Shown piece by piece: positions 17,147-25,681 of a DNA stretch of 41,141 nt; position 1 is the stretch's first letter, and each line of letters starts with the position of its first letter. Where the stretch lies: the NCBI GenBank assembly GCA_964402495.1, contig CAYODB010000006.1, forward strand, positions 1 through 41,141, read 5' to 3'. A program made the position numbers and the translations under genes. The stretch is from an uncultured Bordetella sp. Lineage in GTDB: Bacteria; Pseudomonadota; Gammaproteobacteria; Burkholderiales; JACQAP01. The notes under the pieces are model-generated. The model was not told the origin of the DNA and did no database searches. It was given only the letters and a program-made list of their open reading frames with translations.

Positions 17147-18145
17147 ATGGCCAAGAATATCCAGGTGCAACTCGCAAGCCGTCCCACCGGCCCGGTCGAG
17201 GAATCGAATTTCAAAGTCGTCGAAACCGACATGCCGAAACCGGGCAGCGGCGAGATTCTGGTCCGCAACCTGTGGCTGTCGCTCGACCCGTACATGCGTG
17301 GCCGCATGAACGCCGTGAAGTCCTACAGCAAGTACGTGGACATCGGCGAGGTCATGGTGGGCGGCACAGTCGGCGAGGTCATCGAATCGAACAATCCGAA
17401 GTTCAAGCCCGGCGATCACGTCGTGGGTTCACTGGGCTGGCAGTTGTACGCGAATTCCAACGGCGACGGCCTGACGGTGATCGATCCGAAGCTGGTCCCG
17501 TTGTCCGCCTGGCTCGGAGTCTGCGGAATGCCCGGGGCGACAGCATGGATCGGATTGCTGGAGTATTGCGCACCCAAGGCCGGCGAAACCGTTCTGGTGT
17601 CGGCAGCCAGCGGCGCAGTCGGCGGCGTGGTTGGCCAGCTCGCTAAACTGCAGGGCTGCCGCGCAGTCGGCATCGCCGGCGGTGCGAAGAAATGCGAATA
17701 CGCCGTGAAAGAACTCGGCTTCGATGCCTGTGTGGACTACAAGGCGGGCAAGCTGATCGATGACCTGAAGGCGGCGTGTCCGAACGGCGTCGACAATTAT
17801 TTCGAGAATGTCGGCGGCGAAGTCATGGACGCCGCCTTTCGCGTGCTGAATCCTTTTTCGCGCGTCGCGCTGTGCGGCATGATCTCCGACTACAACGCGA
17901 CCGAGGCTTACGGCACGAAAATGATGCGTTCCCTGTTGGTAAACCGGGTAAAGCTGCAGGGCTTCATCGTCTTCGACCGGCCGGATCTCTATGTCCGGGC
18001 CGTCGCGCAGCTCGCGAAGTATGTGGCCCAGGGCAAGCTCAAATACCACGAGACTGTTGCCGAAGGCATTCACAATGCGCCAAAGGCGTTCATGGGTTTG
18101 CTCAAAGGCGCCAACCTCGGCAAGCAGCTCGTCAAGCTTGCCTGA
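17147..18145 (+). CDS. NADP-dependent oxidoreductase (MDR, prostaglandin reductase/CurA-like)
   Basis: LASRPTG, LSLDPYMRGRM, GMPGATAW, SAASGAVG, YFENVGG, GANLGKQLV. Confidence 0.93.
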   Translation: MAKNIQVQLASRPTGPVEESNFKVVETDMPKPGSGEILVRNLWLSLDPYMRGRMNAVKSYSKYVDIGEVMVGGTVGEVIESNNPKFKPGDHVVGSLGWQLYANSNGDGLTVIDPKLVPLSAWLGVCGMPGATAWIGLLEYCAPKAGETVLVSAASGAVGGVVGQLAKLQGCRAVGIAGGAKKCEYAVKELGFDACVDYKAGKLIDDLKAACPNGVDNYFENVGGEVMDAAFRVLNPFSRVALCGMISDYNATEAYGTKMMRSLLVNRVKLQGFIVFDRPDLYVRAVAQLAKYVAQGKLKYHETVAEGIHNAPKAFMGLLKGANLGKQLVKLA

Positions 18146-18161
18146 CTGCCGATCCAATATC

Positions 18162-18220
18162 TTTACCGCAGCAGCTTCGGCCGTAAGTGTTGCATCTTAA
18201 GGCGCGGAGGACACGCGGAA
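18162..18220. repeat. Degenerate orphan left arm of the CRCRRAG family, with a possible 28-bp insertion
   Basis: tttaccgca [18171-18198] aaggcgcggaggacacgcgg reconstitutes an arm like tcaccgcaaaggcgc. Confidence 0.45.
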
Positions 18221-18358
18221 CAAAGCACGTCGACAAAATATAAGGTACATGCAAAGGCGCGAGTACTGTTTTATAAAACCCATATTGGGCAGGTTCAGTA
18301 CGTCACCCGGTTGAAGGCAGTCCTTCATTGGGGGGGGCGCCTTGGCACCCGACCAATG

Positions 18359-19081
18359 CTAGCGGGTAAAGACCCAGAGCAATAGCGGAAACAGGATCGA
18401 CGAACCGAGGGCCATCAGCGCCATCGCCACGCCGGCGAAAGCACCGGCCTCCTCGCTCACCTGGAATGCGCGGGCAATCCCCATCCCATGCGCAGCCACC
18501 CCGATCGAGAACCCACGCACGGCGTGATCGGTGATCCTTAAGAAATTGAGGACGTACTTCGCGCTGATCACACCCAGGACGCCGGTCACCATCACCAGTA
18601 CTGCAGTCAGGGACGGCAGGCCGCCGATTTTCTCCGAGATACCCATTGCGATCGGCGCCGTCACGGATTTCGGCGCAATGGAAAGCAGCGTCGTATCGCT
18701 GGCGCCGAGCAACCAGGCGATTCCCACCGCGGAGCCCGCCGCTACCACCCCGCCCGCAAGCAGCCCACCGATCACCGGAACGACAGCGCGGCTCAGCTTG
18801 CCGAGCTGGGGATAGAGCGGGACGGCGAGCGCCACCGTCGCCGGCCCAAGAAGAAAATGCACGAACTGGGCACCGTCGAAATAGGTCTGGTAAGGCGTGT
18901 TAGTGACCGTCAGGATGACGACCAGCGTAGCCACGGACCAGGGCACCGGATTCAGCAGCGGATTGAAATCTGCGCGCTTGTAGATCCAGAACGCGCCCTG
19001 GTACACGAGCAGGGTCACGGTCAAGCCCAACAGCGGAGTCGTCGACAGGTAGACCCAAATGTCGGTGATCCGGGGCGTCAC
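18359..19081 (-). CDS. lrgB: LrgB/CidB family membrane protein
   Basis: FLLGPATVALAVPLY, SIAPKSVTAPIAMGI, AHGMGIARA; GTG start overlaps the lrgA stop (GTGA). Confidence 0.92.
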   Translation of the reverse strand: MTPRITDIWVYLSTTPLLGLTVTLLVYQGAFWIYKRADFNPLLNPVPWSVATLVVILTVTNTPYQTYFDGAQFVHFLLGPATVALAVPLYPQLGKLSRAVVPVIGGLLAGGVVAAGSAVGIAWLLGASDTTLLSIAPKSVTAPIAMGISEKIGGLPSLTAVLVMVTGVLGVISAKYVLNFLRITDHAVRGFSIGVAAHGMGIARAFQVSEEAGAFAGVAMALMALGSSILFPLLLWVFTR

Positions 19082-19434
19082 GCCTCCTCCTTGCCGGCAA
19101 AGCGGCGCATCATCCAGTTCATCACCAGCGCCGTGCAGGCGATCGTCAGGAGCGTGCTCAGGATCAGCGCGACGGTAATCGGCAGCCATTCGTCCCGCAG
19201 CCGCGAGAGATGCACCATGACTCCGACCCCTGCGGGGACGAACATCAGGGAAAAATGCTGCAGTAACCCGGTTGCCGTGGTGCGCAGCTCAGCGGGAACG
19301 CCACGCCGGACGGCAAGCGCCAGTAGCAACAGCGCGAACCCGATCACGGGCCCGGGAATCGGCAAACCCAAGCCGTGGGAGATGACCTCCCCTACGAGCT
19401 GGAAGACCAGCAATACTGTCAGTGCTCCCAGCAT
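19078..19434 (-). CDS. lrgA: CidA/LrgA family membrane protein
   Basis: FQLVGE, PIPGPVIG, MFVPAGVG; paired with lrgB. Confidence 0.92.
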   Translation of the reverse strand: MLGALTVLLVFQLVGEVISHGLGLPIPGPVIGFALLLLALAVRRGVPAELRTTATGLLQHFSLMFVPAGVGVMVHLSRLRDEWLPITVALILSTLLTIACTALVMNWMMRRFAGKEEA

Positions 19435-19461
19435 TCCCTATCTCCACATTTACTTACTGTC

Positions 19462-19670
19462 TTCATCGCAAAGACGCAAAGGAAGGCGAAATGATAGATG
19501 AATGTTCGAGGTACTGGACATATCGGAGGGTGGCGGACAGTCATCGTCTTGCCAGCGATCCTTTTCGGGGAATCTCCATTACCCCGACCCGCACCTTCGC
19601 AGCATTCCGCCCTTTTATATCCCTGTTTTGATCGGTTTCCTTTGCGTAACCTTTGCGCCTTTGCGGTAAA
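19462..19670. repeat. CRCRRAG-family inverted-repeat element, complete copy
   Basis: ttcatcgcaaagacgcaaagg ... cctttgcgcctttgcggtaaa. Confidence 0.8.
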
Positions 19671-19802
19671 GGGCTAAGGTACGACGGCGAAAAACAGAAA
19701 TGCCGCGAAAATCGCCAGGTGCACCACGCCTTGCAGCAACCCGGCGAAGGGAACGATCCAGCTCCAGGCCGGGTTGGTGCGGTTGGCTGCCACGTTGCTG
19801 CC

Positions 19803-20324
19803 TCAGTTCGCCGGGCGCACCAGGTTCAATGCGAGGCGGAACGGCAGCAGAGCAAACAAGGCAATGGCCAGCTTGACGCCGAAGTCGCCCACAGCCAGCG
19901 TCACCCAAGGCACGCCGGTTCCCGCGAATGCGAGCGAGAAGAATATTGCGGTGTCCAATACGGAGGCCGCCAAAGTGGATACCAGCGGAGGTTGCCACCA
20001 GATGCGGCGGCGCAGCCGGTTGAATACCGTCACGTCGAGGAGTTCGGCGCACAGGAAGGCGGTGCCGGAGGCCACCGCGATCCGCGGCGTGGCGAGCCAG
20101 GCCGAAAGCACCACGGCGAAAATGAACCCCACGTAAACGATTCGCCGGGCGGCTTGCGGCCCGTGGTAGCGGTTTGCCAGGTCCACCACGAGAAACGAGA
20201 AGGGATAGGTGATCGCGCCCCAGGTCAACCAGTCGCCCAGCGGATACTGCACGAGGATGTTCGAACTCACGATGATGATCACCATGGCGAGCGCGAAGGC
20301 GGCGGTGATATGCAGGGATCTCAT
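19803..20324 (-). CDS. VUT family (putative queuosine-precursor) transporter
   Basis: SNILVQYP, TWGAITYPFSFLVVDL, YHGPQAARR, LDTAIFFSLAF. Confidence 0.85.
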   Translation of the reverse strand: MRSLHITAAFALAMVIIIVSSNILVQYPLGDWLTWGAITYPFSFLVVDLANRYHGPQAARRIVYVGFIFAVVLSAWLATPRIAVASGTAFLCAELLDVTVFNRLRRRIWWQPPLVSTLAASVLDTAIFFSLAFAGTGVPWVTLAVGDFGVKLAIALFALLPFRLALNLVRPAN

Positions 20325-20434
20325 GGGCAGGCTCTTGATGGGCGAAGTGCGTGATTATGCGGGCTCGGGGCTACGGTTGCCAGCGCAGCCAGCGCCGGGT
20401 GCTTCATCAGTCAGTCACTTAATCCTGAAGCTTC

Positions 20435-20589
20435 TCACCGCGAAGGCGCAAAGGACGCAAAGAACAGCAGTACGGCAAACAACATCAGGTGACACGCGAT
20501 TCTACGAGCACGCATGGTCAATTTCTTCAGCCTGGGTTCTTCCGATTCTTTTTTTGATCTCCTTTGCGTTCTTTGCGCCTTTGCGGTGA
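20435..20589. repeat. CRCRRAG-family inverted-repeat element, complete copy
   Basis: 28-bp arms 20435-20462 and 20562-20589, 26/28 complementary. Confidence 0.88.
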
Positions 20590-20687
20590 AAGGATTCCGG
20601 TTCGAATCAGGAAACTGATGCGCTGCCCGGCGCCGCGGCTTTGTGCTCTAATTCCGTCGTAACCGCAGTGAAACCCACCAAGAGGAA

Positions 20688-21995
20688 ATGCCCATGCGCC
20701 CCCTGCAGCCTGCCCTCGCCTTTACCCTGATCGTCCTCGCCGGTAGCGCCGGGGCACAGGACCTCGCCGCCACGGTCGACCAGCGGGTCCGCGCCCTGGA
20801 AGGCAAGGTCATCGAGTGGCGGCGCCATGTACACCAGAATCCAGAGCTCTCGAACCGCGAAACCAATACCGCGCAACTGGTGGCGGACCACCTGCGCAAG
20901 CTCGGCATGGAGGTGAAGACCGGCGTGGCGAAGACCGGCGTGATCGGCCTGCTCAAGGGCGGCAAACCTGGCCCGGTGGTCGCCTTGCGCGCCGACATGG
21001 ACGCACTGCCCGTGATCGAGGAATCCGACCTGCCCTTCAAGTCCACGGTCAAGACGGAATACCTGGGCCAGCAGGTCGGTGTCATGCATGCCTGCGGACA
21101 TGACGCGCACATTGCGATCCTGATGGGCGTGGCCGAAGTGCTGGCCGGCGTGAAGGACCAGTTGCCGGGCACCGTGAAGTTCATCTTCCAGCCCGCGGAA
21201 GAAGGCCCCCCGCCCGGTGAAACCGGCGGCGCGCCGCTGATGGTCGAAGAAGGCGCGCTGGAGAATCCGAGGCCCGACGCAATCTTCGGCTTGCACGTCA
21301 TTTCCGGCCTGCCGGCCGGCATGATCACTTATCGTGAAGGTCCGCTGATGGCAAGCGCCGACTGGCTATACATCACGGTGAAGGGCAAGCAGACCCACGG
21401 CGCCTGGCCGTGGTCGGGCATCGACCCGGTCGTCACCTCGGCGCAGATCATTGGCGGCCTGCAGAACATCGTGGCACGCCAGATCGACGTCTCGAAGGAA
21501 CCCGCCGTCGTCACCGTGGCCACCATCCACGGCGGCGCACGCAAGAACATCATCCCCGACCAGGTCGAGATGACGGGCACCATCCGCAGCTTCGACGAGG
21601 AAATGCGCCAGGATATCCATGCCCGCATCAAACACATCGCGCAATCCATCGCCGAAGCCAATCACGCGCAGGCGGAAGTCAGGATCGAGAAAGCGGTGCC
21701 GGTGACCGTGAACGACCCTGCGCTGACCGAGAGGATGATTCCGACGCTGAAGCGGATCGGCGGCGAAGGCGGCGCCGCGGTGTCGAAGCGCGTGATGGTG
21801 GCGGAGGACTTTTCCTACTTCCAGCAGGAAGTGCCGGGCCTGTTCTATTTCGTCGGCATCACGCCGAAAGACCAGGACCTGTTGCAGGCGGCGCCGAACC
21901 ACTCGCCGCGCTTTTACATCGACGAATCAGGACTGCTTCAGGGCACGCGTTCGCTGGCTGCTCTGGCGGTCGATTTCCTGGGTGGCGCACGCTGA
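20688..21995 (+). CDS. Exported M20D family amidohydrolase (N-acyl-amino acid amidohydrolase-like)
   Basis: Signal peptide; HQNPELS, RADMDALP, MHACGHD, FQPAEE, AEDFS, NHSP. Confidence 0.93.
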   Translation: MPMRPLQPALAFTLIVLAGSAGAQDLAATVDQRVRALEGKVIEWRRHVHQNPELSNRETNTAQLVADHLRKLGMEVKTGVAKTGVIGLLKGGKPGPVVALRADMDALPVIEESDLPFKSTVKTEYLGQQVGVMHACGHDAHIAILMGVAEVLAGVKDQLPGTVKFIFQPAEEGPPPGETGGAPLMVEEGALENPRPDAIFGLHVISGLPAGMITYREGPLMASADWLYITVKGKQTHGAWPWSGIDPVVTSAQIIGGLQNIVARQIDVSKEPAVVTVATIHGGARKNIIPDQVEMTGTIRSFDEEMRQDIHARIKHIAQSIAEANHAQAEVRIEKAVPVTVNDPALTERMIPTLKRIGGEGGAAVSKRVMVAEDFSYFQQEVPGLFYFVGITPKDQDLLQAAPNHSPRFYIDESGLLQGTRSLAALAVDFLGGAR

Positions 21996-22148
21996 CACGA
22001 AAGTCTCGGGGAACGCCATATCTGACGCACGCGGGAATCCATCGGCCCACCACTCGGGCGGAGCAGGAAACAGGCAATGCCCAATACTTCGACGCACTGG
22101 ACTTCCACGCACTTGCGATTGCACCGGACCTCAAATCAGGGAGCGTAC

Positions 22149-22943
22149 ATGCGTAAAGCACTCATCGTTGCAACAATTCTCGTTGCTATTTCCCCCGTCG
22201 CAGCGGCACAAAAAAGCGTAACGGCCGATCCCCTCGTGACCCGGCGCGGCTGGGAGATCGGGGCGCAACTGTCGGACTACCGCTATGAGGAGCCGGGTAT
22301 CGGGGCAAAGATCTGGGGAAACAGAGCGGGCGTCACCGGCGGCTATACCCTGACCAGCGCCAGTCGGTGGTTTTTCAAGGTTGACGGGCGATACGCGTAC
22401 GGGTCGCTCAAATACGAGGGATCCGGCACGACGGATTCAGTTCCGGATTCGATCGTCGAAACTCGAGTGGTCATCGGCAGGGATTTTTTGCCGCGCAGCG
22501 GGTTTTCCCTTTCGCCTTTTGCGGGGATCGGCTCCCGCTATCTTTACAATGACCTGAGAGGCACGACTTCCACAGGCGCGGTCGGCTATCAGCGCTATTC
22601 CCATTATTTGTACGCCCCTCTGGGGTTGACCTCACGCATCGATGTCAACGCTAAATGGGTGATCGCCACCACCGTTGAATACGATTACTTCATCAGAGGA
22701 AGACAGATAACGCAGTTCACCGATGTCGGTATCGGTTATAACGATGCGATCAATTCGCAAAACAAGGGCTACGGGTATCGCTTTTCGGTAATGGCAGAGA
22801 ACGGTTCATGGGCATTCGGTCCCTGGATGCATTACTGGAGTATTGAGGATTCGGATATCGTGCCTATCGGTTTTGGTATTCGCGGATTCGAACCAGAAAA
22901 CGAGACACGGGAATACGGGTTGGAAGTGAAATACAGGTTCTAA
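22149..22943 (+). CDS. Outer-membrane beta-barrel protein, function unknown
   Basis: MRKALIVATILVAISPVAAA signal after GGGAG; Tyr/Gly-rich alternating strands; C-terminal GLEVKYRF. Confidence 0.8.
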   Translation: MRKALIVATILVAISPVAAAQKSVTADPLVTRRGWEIGAQLSDYRYEEPGIGAKIWGNRAGVTGGYTLTSASRWFFKVDGRYAYGSLKYEGSGTTDSVPDSIVETRVVIGRDFLPRSGFSLSPFAGIGSRYLYNDLRGTTSTGAVGYQRYSHYLYAPLGLTSRIDVNAKWVIATTVEYDYFIRGRQITQFTDVGIGYNDAINSQNKGYGYRFSVMAENGSWAFGPWMHYWSIEDSDIVPIGFGIRGFEPENETREYGLEVKYRF

Positions 22944-22959
22944 GGCACAAGCGTTCATG

Positions 22960-23096
22960 CAATGTGCGGCTGACTACCAGCCGCGTTCACGGCGCGACGA
23001 AAGATCGCGCGTAAGACAACCATGACGGTTGCAGTCAGTCGGCCACAAGCGCAGGAAGGACCAACAAGGAAAAGGATCCGCGAGGGTCCTTTTTTT
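22960..23096 (+). ncRNA. Candidate structured RNA ending in an intrinsic terminator
   Basis: Consecutive hairpins gcggctg/cagccgc, gcgcga..GAAA..tcgcgc and caacc/ggttg, an alternative ggctgact/agtcagtc pairing, then a terminator. Confidence 0.4.
23070..23096 (+). terminator. Intrinsic terminator (possibly bidirectional)
   Basis: aaaaGGATCC-gcga-GGGTCCttttttt. Confidence 0.8.
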
Positions 23097-23226
23097 AGCC
23101 CTTCAGTTTTTGGCCCTTCAGACTGGTCTGTGGGCGGCAGCCTTCAGGGGGACTTGCAAGGCGCGATCCGCGAGGCGGGCGTTTTGACGAGGGAGCCCCG
23201 GGCCGGAAGCGACACTTGCACGCCTA

Positions 23227-23316
23227 TGTACGGTAGCGAACATAGCATCGTCGTCGCAGGCGGATATGTCATCAACGCGAGGCCGGCTTTTTTTGGGTTA
23301 CGTGCGCTATCGTACA
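23227..23316. promoter_or_regulatory. Two TGTNCG-N4-CGNACA boxes, putative Crp/Fnr-family sites
   Basis: TGTACGgtagCGAACA (23227-23242) and CGTGCGctatCGTACA (23301-23316) upstream of the ice-binding gene. Confidence 0.5.
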
Positions 23317-23461
23317 GAACGTTTTCCGGCGGAGGGGGAAATTGGCCAATGCCCGGGGCCAAAACCCTGGCAGAACCTGCGGTGCCGGGGGCAGGGAGCG
23401 CGGCCGTAATGAATCAGCCGCACACCGATCCCTGTCGGCATCCAGCGATCAGGAGAAACAC

Positions 23462-24619
23462 ATGATCAGATTCGGAAGTTTATTTAAACCACTTATGTGG
23501 TTCATGGCATTGCTGCTGGCTGCTTTTGTGGCCGGTTGCGGGGATCAGAGCCCGGACCAAGTCAGCGCCTCTTCGGCCGCGGCCGCGGCCGCGACCCTGC
23601 CGCCACTGGGCACGGAGCAGAGCTTTGCGGTACTCGGCGGCTCGACGGTGACCAATACCGGTTCCAGCGTCGTCACCGGAAACCTGGGTGTCAGCCCGGG
23701 CTCGGCGATCACCGGCTTCCCTCCCGGGATCCTGACCGGAGTGATGCATGCGGCCGATGCGGAGGCGCTTCAGGCTCAGAATGACACCACTACGGCGTAT
23801 ATTGATCTGGCAAGCCAGGCGTGCGATTCCGACTTGACTGGACAGGATCTCGGCGGCAAGACGCTCGTGCCGGGCGTCTATTGTTTTTCGTCCTCAGCTC
23901 AGTTGACGGGTGCGCTCACGCTGGACGCGGGGGGCGACCCCGGTGCGGTCTGGGTGTTCAAGACAGGGAGCACCCTCACCACGGCGAGCAACGCGTCCGT
24001 GCTGCCGACCAATGGCGGACAAGCCTGTAACGTTTATTGGCAGGTTGGCAGTTCCGCGACTCTCGGTACAGGCACTTCGTTCGTCGGCAATATTCTCGCA
24101 CTCACGAGCATTACCCTCACTACCGGCGCAAACGTGTCCGGTAGAACCCTGGCGCGAAACGGTGCAGTGACGATGGATTCCAACACCGTCACCGTCCCCG
24201 TATGCAACATACCGGTCACTTCCTCCCGCCCCACTCTCGGCAAGACCTTCAGCCCGGGCACCATCAATGCTGGCGGGGTATCGACGCTTACCATTACCTT
24301 CAGCAACAGCAACGACACACCCGCCAACCTGACCGGGCCGTTCATCGACAACTTGCCCAGCGGCCTGGTGGTGGTCGGCGGCAGCGTCAGCACCACCTGC
24401 ATCGAGACCCCGCTGTTGTTGGGGTGGTTCATTGTCGATACGGGGAAGGTGGGCCTGACGGCGGAAGGCCTGATCCCGGCCAATGGTTCTTGCACGGTGA
24501 CGGCGAACGTAACCGCGCCGGTCGCAGGCAGCTACATCAATACGCTGCCTGCCGGCGTCTTACAAACCAACCACGGCAACAACGCGGCCCCGGCCGTCGC
24601 GACCCTGACCGTCATTTAG
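23462..24619 (+). CDS. Lipoprotein with DUF3494 (ice-binding-like) domain and C-terminal Ig-like (DUF11-like) domain
   Basis: AGGAG RBS; lipobox FVAG-C; FAVLGGSTVTNTG, GNLGVSPG, TLVPGVY, LTLDAGGD, NVYWQVGSSATLG, FVGNILA; then KTFSPGTINAGGVSTLTITFSN...DNLPSGL. Confidence 0.9.
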   Translation: MIRFGSLFKPLMWFMALLLAAFVAGCGDQSPDQVSASSAAAAAATLPPLGTEQSFAVLGGSTVTNTGSSVVTGNLGVSPGSAITGFPPGILTGVMHAADAEALQAQNDTTTAYIDLASQACDSDLTGQDLGGKTLVPGVYCFSSSAQLTGALTLDAGGDPGAVWVFKTGSTLTTASNASVLPTNGGQACNVYWQVGSSATLGTGTSFVGNILALTSITLTTGANVSGRTLARNGAVTMDSNTVTVPVCNIPVTSSRPTLGKTFSPGTINAGGVSTLTITFSNSNDTPANLTGPFIDNLPSGLVVVGGSVSTTCIETPLLLGWFIVDTGKVGLTAEGLIPANGSCTVTANVTAPVAGSYINTLPAGVLQTNHGNNAAPAVATLTVI

Positions 24620-24641
24620 CCGTTCCCATTAAGACTTTAGT

Positions 24642-24681
24642 GTCACCCCTCCGGAAGGGCGAAACTTTCTGAAGGGGTGAC
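24642..24681 (+). terminator. Stem-loop after the ice-binding gene
   Basis: gtcacccct...aggggtgac extended hairpin followed by gtgcctttt. Confidence 0.55.
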
Positions 24682-24710
24682 GTGCCTTTTCCAGACGGCT
24701 CACGCCGCGA

Positions 24711-24770
24711 GTCAGAACGGCAGTGAACAGGCTCACGCCGACCACCTGGCTGCTGCAGGAAACGGTAATC
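24711..24770 (-). pseudogene. Frameshifted remnant of the 3' end of a homolog of the 25682-26542 barrel gene
   Basis: 39/45 nt identical to 25681-25730 with a 5-nt deletion; reads SSQVVGVSLFT vs SSEVFGVGLFTSLPF. Confidence 0.65.
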
Positions 24771-24823
24771 GCCGGGTTTTCGGGCGGCCGGTTGCTGCCC
24801 GATCAGGCTCCGACTATTGCATC

Positions 24824-25615
24824 TCAGGAGCCGCAGGAGGACGGTCGTGCCGCGGCGCCGAGAACTTCGCCGGTGGCCGAATCTTCCGCAAAGACGGCAA
24901 TGCCGACGCGGTCGAGGTTCCAGTCCGGCCCGACTTTCACCAGATGGTCGAAATTGACGCGGCCCGCGGCGCCGAGACCGAAGGGTCCAGCAAGGTCACG
25001 CACCACGAAGTCGTGATTCAGCCGTTCCCCCGAGTTTTCTCCGGCCCGCACCTGGGACGACAGGCCGTTCTCGTAAACGGCCACCCAGACCTGCGCCCTT
25101 GAACCCTGGGTCGAATTCGTCAGGGTGGCGCTACCGCGGACCTGCAGTTCCTTGTCCGAACGCCGGATGTCGGCGCGGATATCCGCCTTCTGCGGCTGGC
25201 GGTTGATCTCCGCCAGGCGGGCACGCAGCTTTTCCGTGCTCCTGCCCACCCGAAAGTCGCGGCCATCGAGCGTGAATTGCGGCGTATAGACGAAACCGGC
25301 GCCGGATCGCGCCGCCAGCGCGCGCTGCCGTTCGCTGTACTGCGGCCGGGAGAATCGGTCCGGCCAGCCCAACTGGTTCCAGTAGTCGACGTGATAGGCG
25401 AGCAGGATCGCGTTGTCGGGCAGCACACCCTGCCCCGGCAGGGTGCTCAGCCAGCGGTCGGCCGGCGGGCAACTGCTGCAGCCTTCCGAGGTGTAGAGCT
25501 CGACCACGGTCACCCGATGCGCCGGGCTCTCGAGCCGGCATTCCTCTGCAAATGCCCCCGTGGCCAGCAAGGCGGCGGCCGCCGCAGCGCCCGCCTTCGC
25601 CATCGACTTGTTCAT
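24824..25615 (-). CDS. Secreted DUF1223 thioredoxin-like protein
   Basis: Signal peptide; VELYTSEGCSSCPPAD, HVDYWNQLGWPDRF, YTPQ, GENSG. Confidence 0.9.
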   Translation of the reverse strand: MNKSMAKAGAAAAAALLATGAFAEECRLESPAHRVTVVELYTSEGCSSCPPADRWLSTLPGQGVLPDNAILLAYHVDYWNQLGWPDRFSRPQYSERQRALAARSGAGFVYTPQFTLDGRDFRVGRSTEKLRARLAEINRQPQKADIRADIRRSDKELQVRGSATLTNSTQGSRAQVWVAVYENGLSSQVRAGENSGERLNHDFVVRDLAGPFGLGAAGRVNFDHLVKVGPDWNLDRVGIAVFAEDSATGEVLGAAARPSSCGS

Positions 25616-25681
25616 GTGAGCTCCTCTCCAGGTTGTCGTTTCGAGATACGGGCGAAAGCGGCTCTTGGATGCTCGCCCGGG

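Noticed and set aside
18329-18337. G9 run (and C8 at 3186-3193) as phase-variation tracts
   Set aside because: Both lie downstream of gene ends, not in a coding sequence or an evident promoter.
20325-20430. preQ1 riboswitch upstream of the VUT transporter
   Set aside because: No recognisable preQ1 aptamer features such as the short hairpin with A-rich tail.
22960-23060. Hammerhead ribozyme or group II intron 5' end (GTGCG, CTGA...GAAA)
   Set aside because: The core reads CTGACTA rather than CTGANGA and the stems do not fit; no intron domains V/VI or reverse transcriptase.
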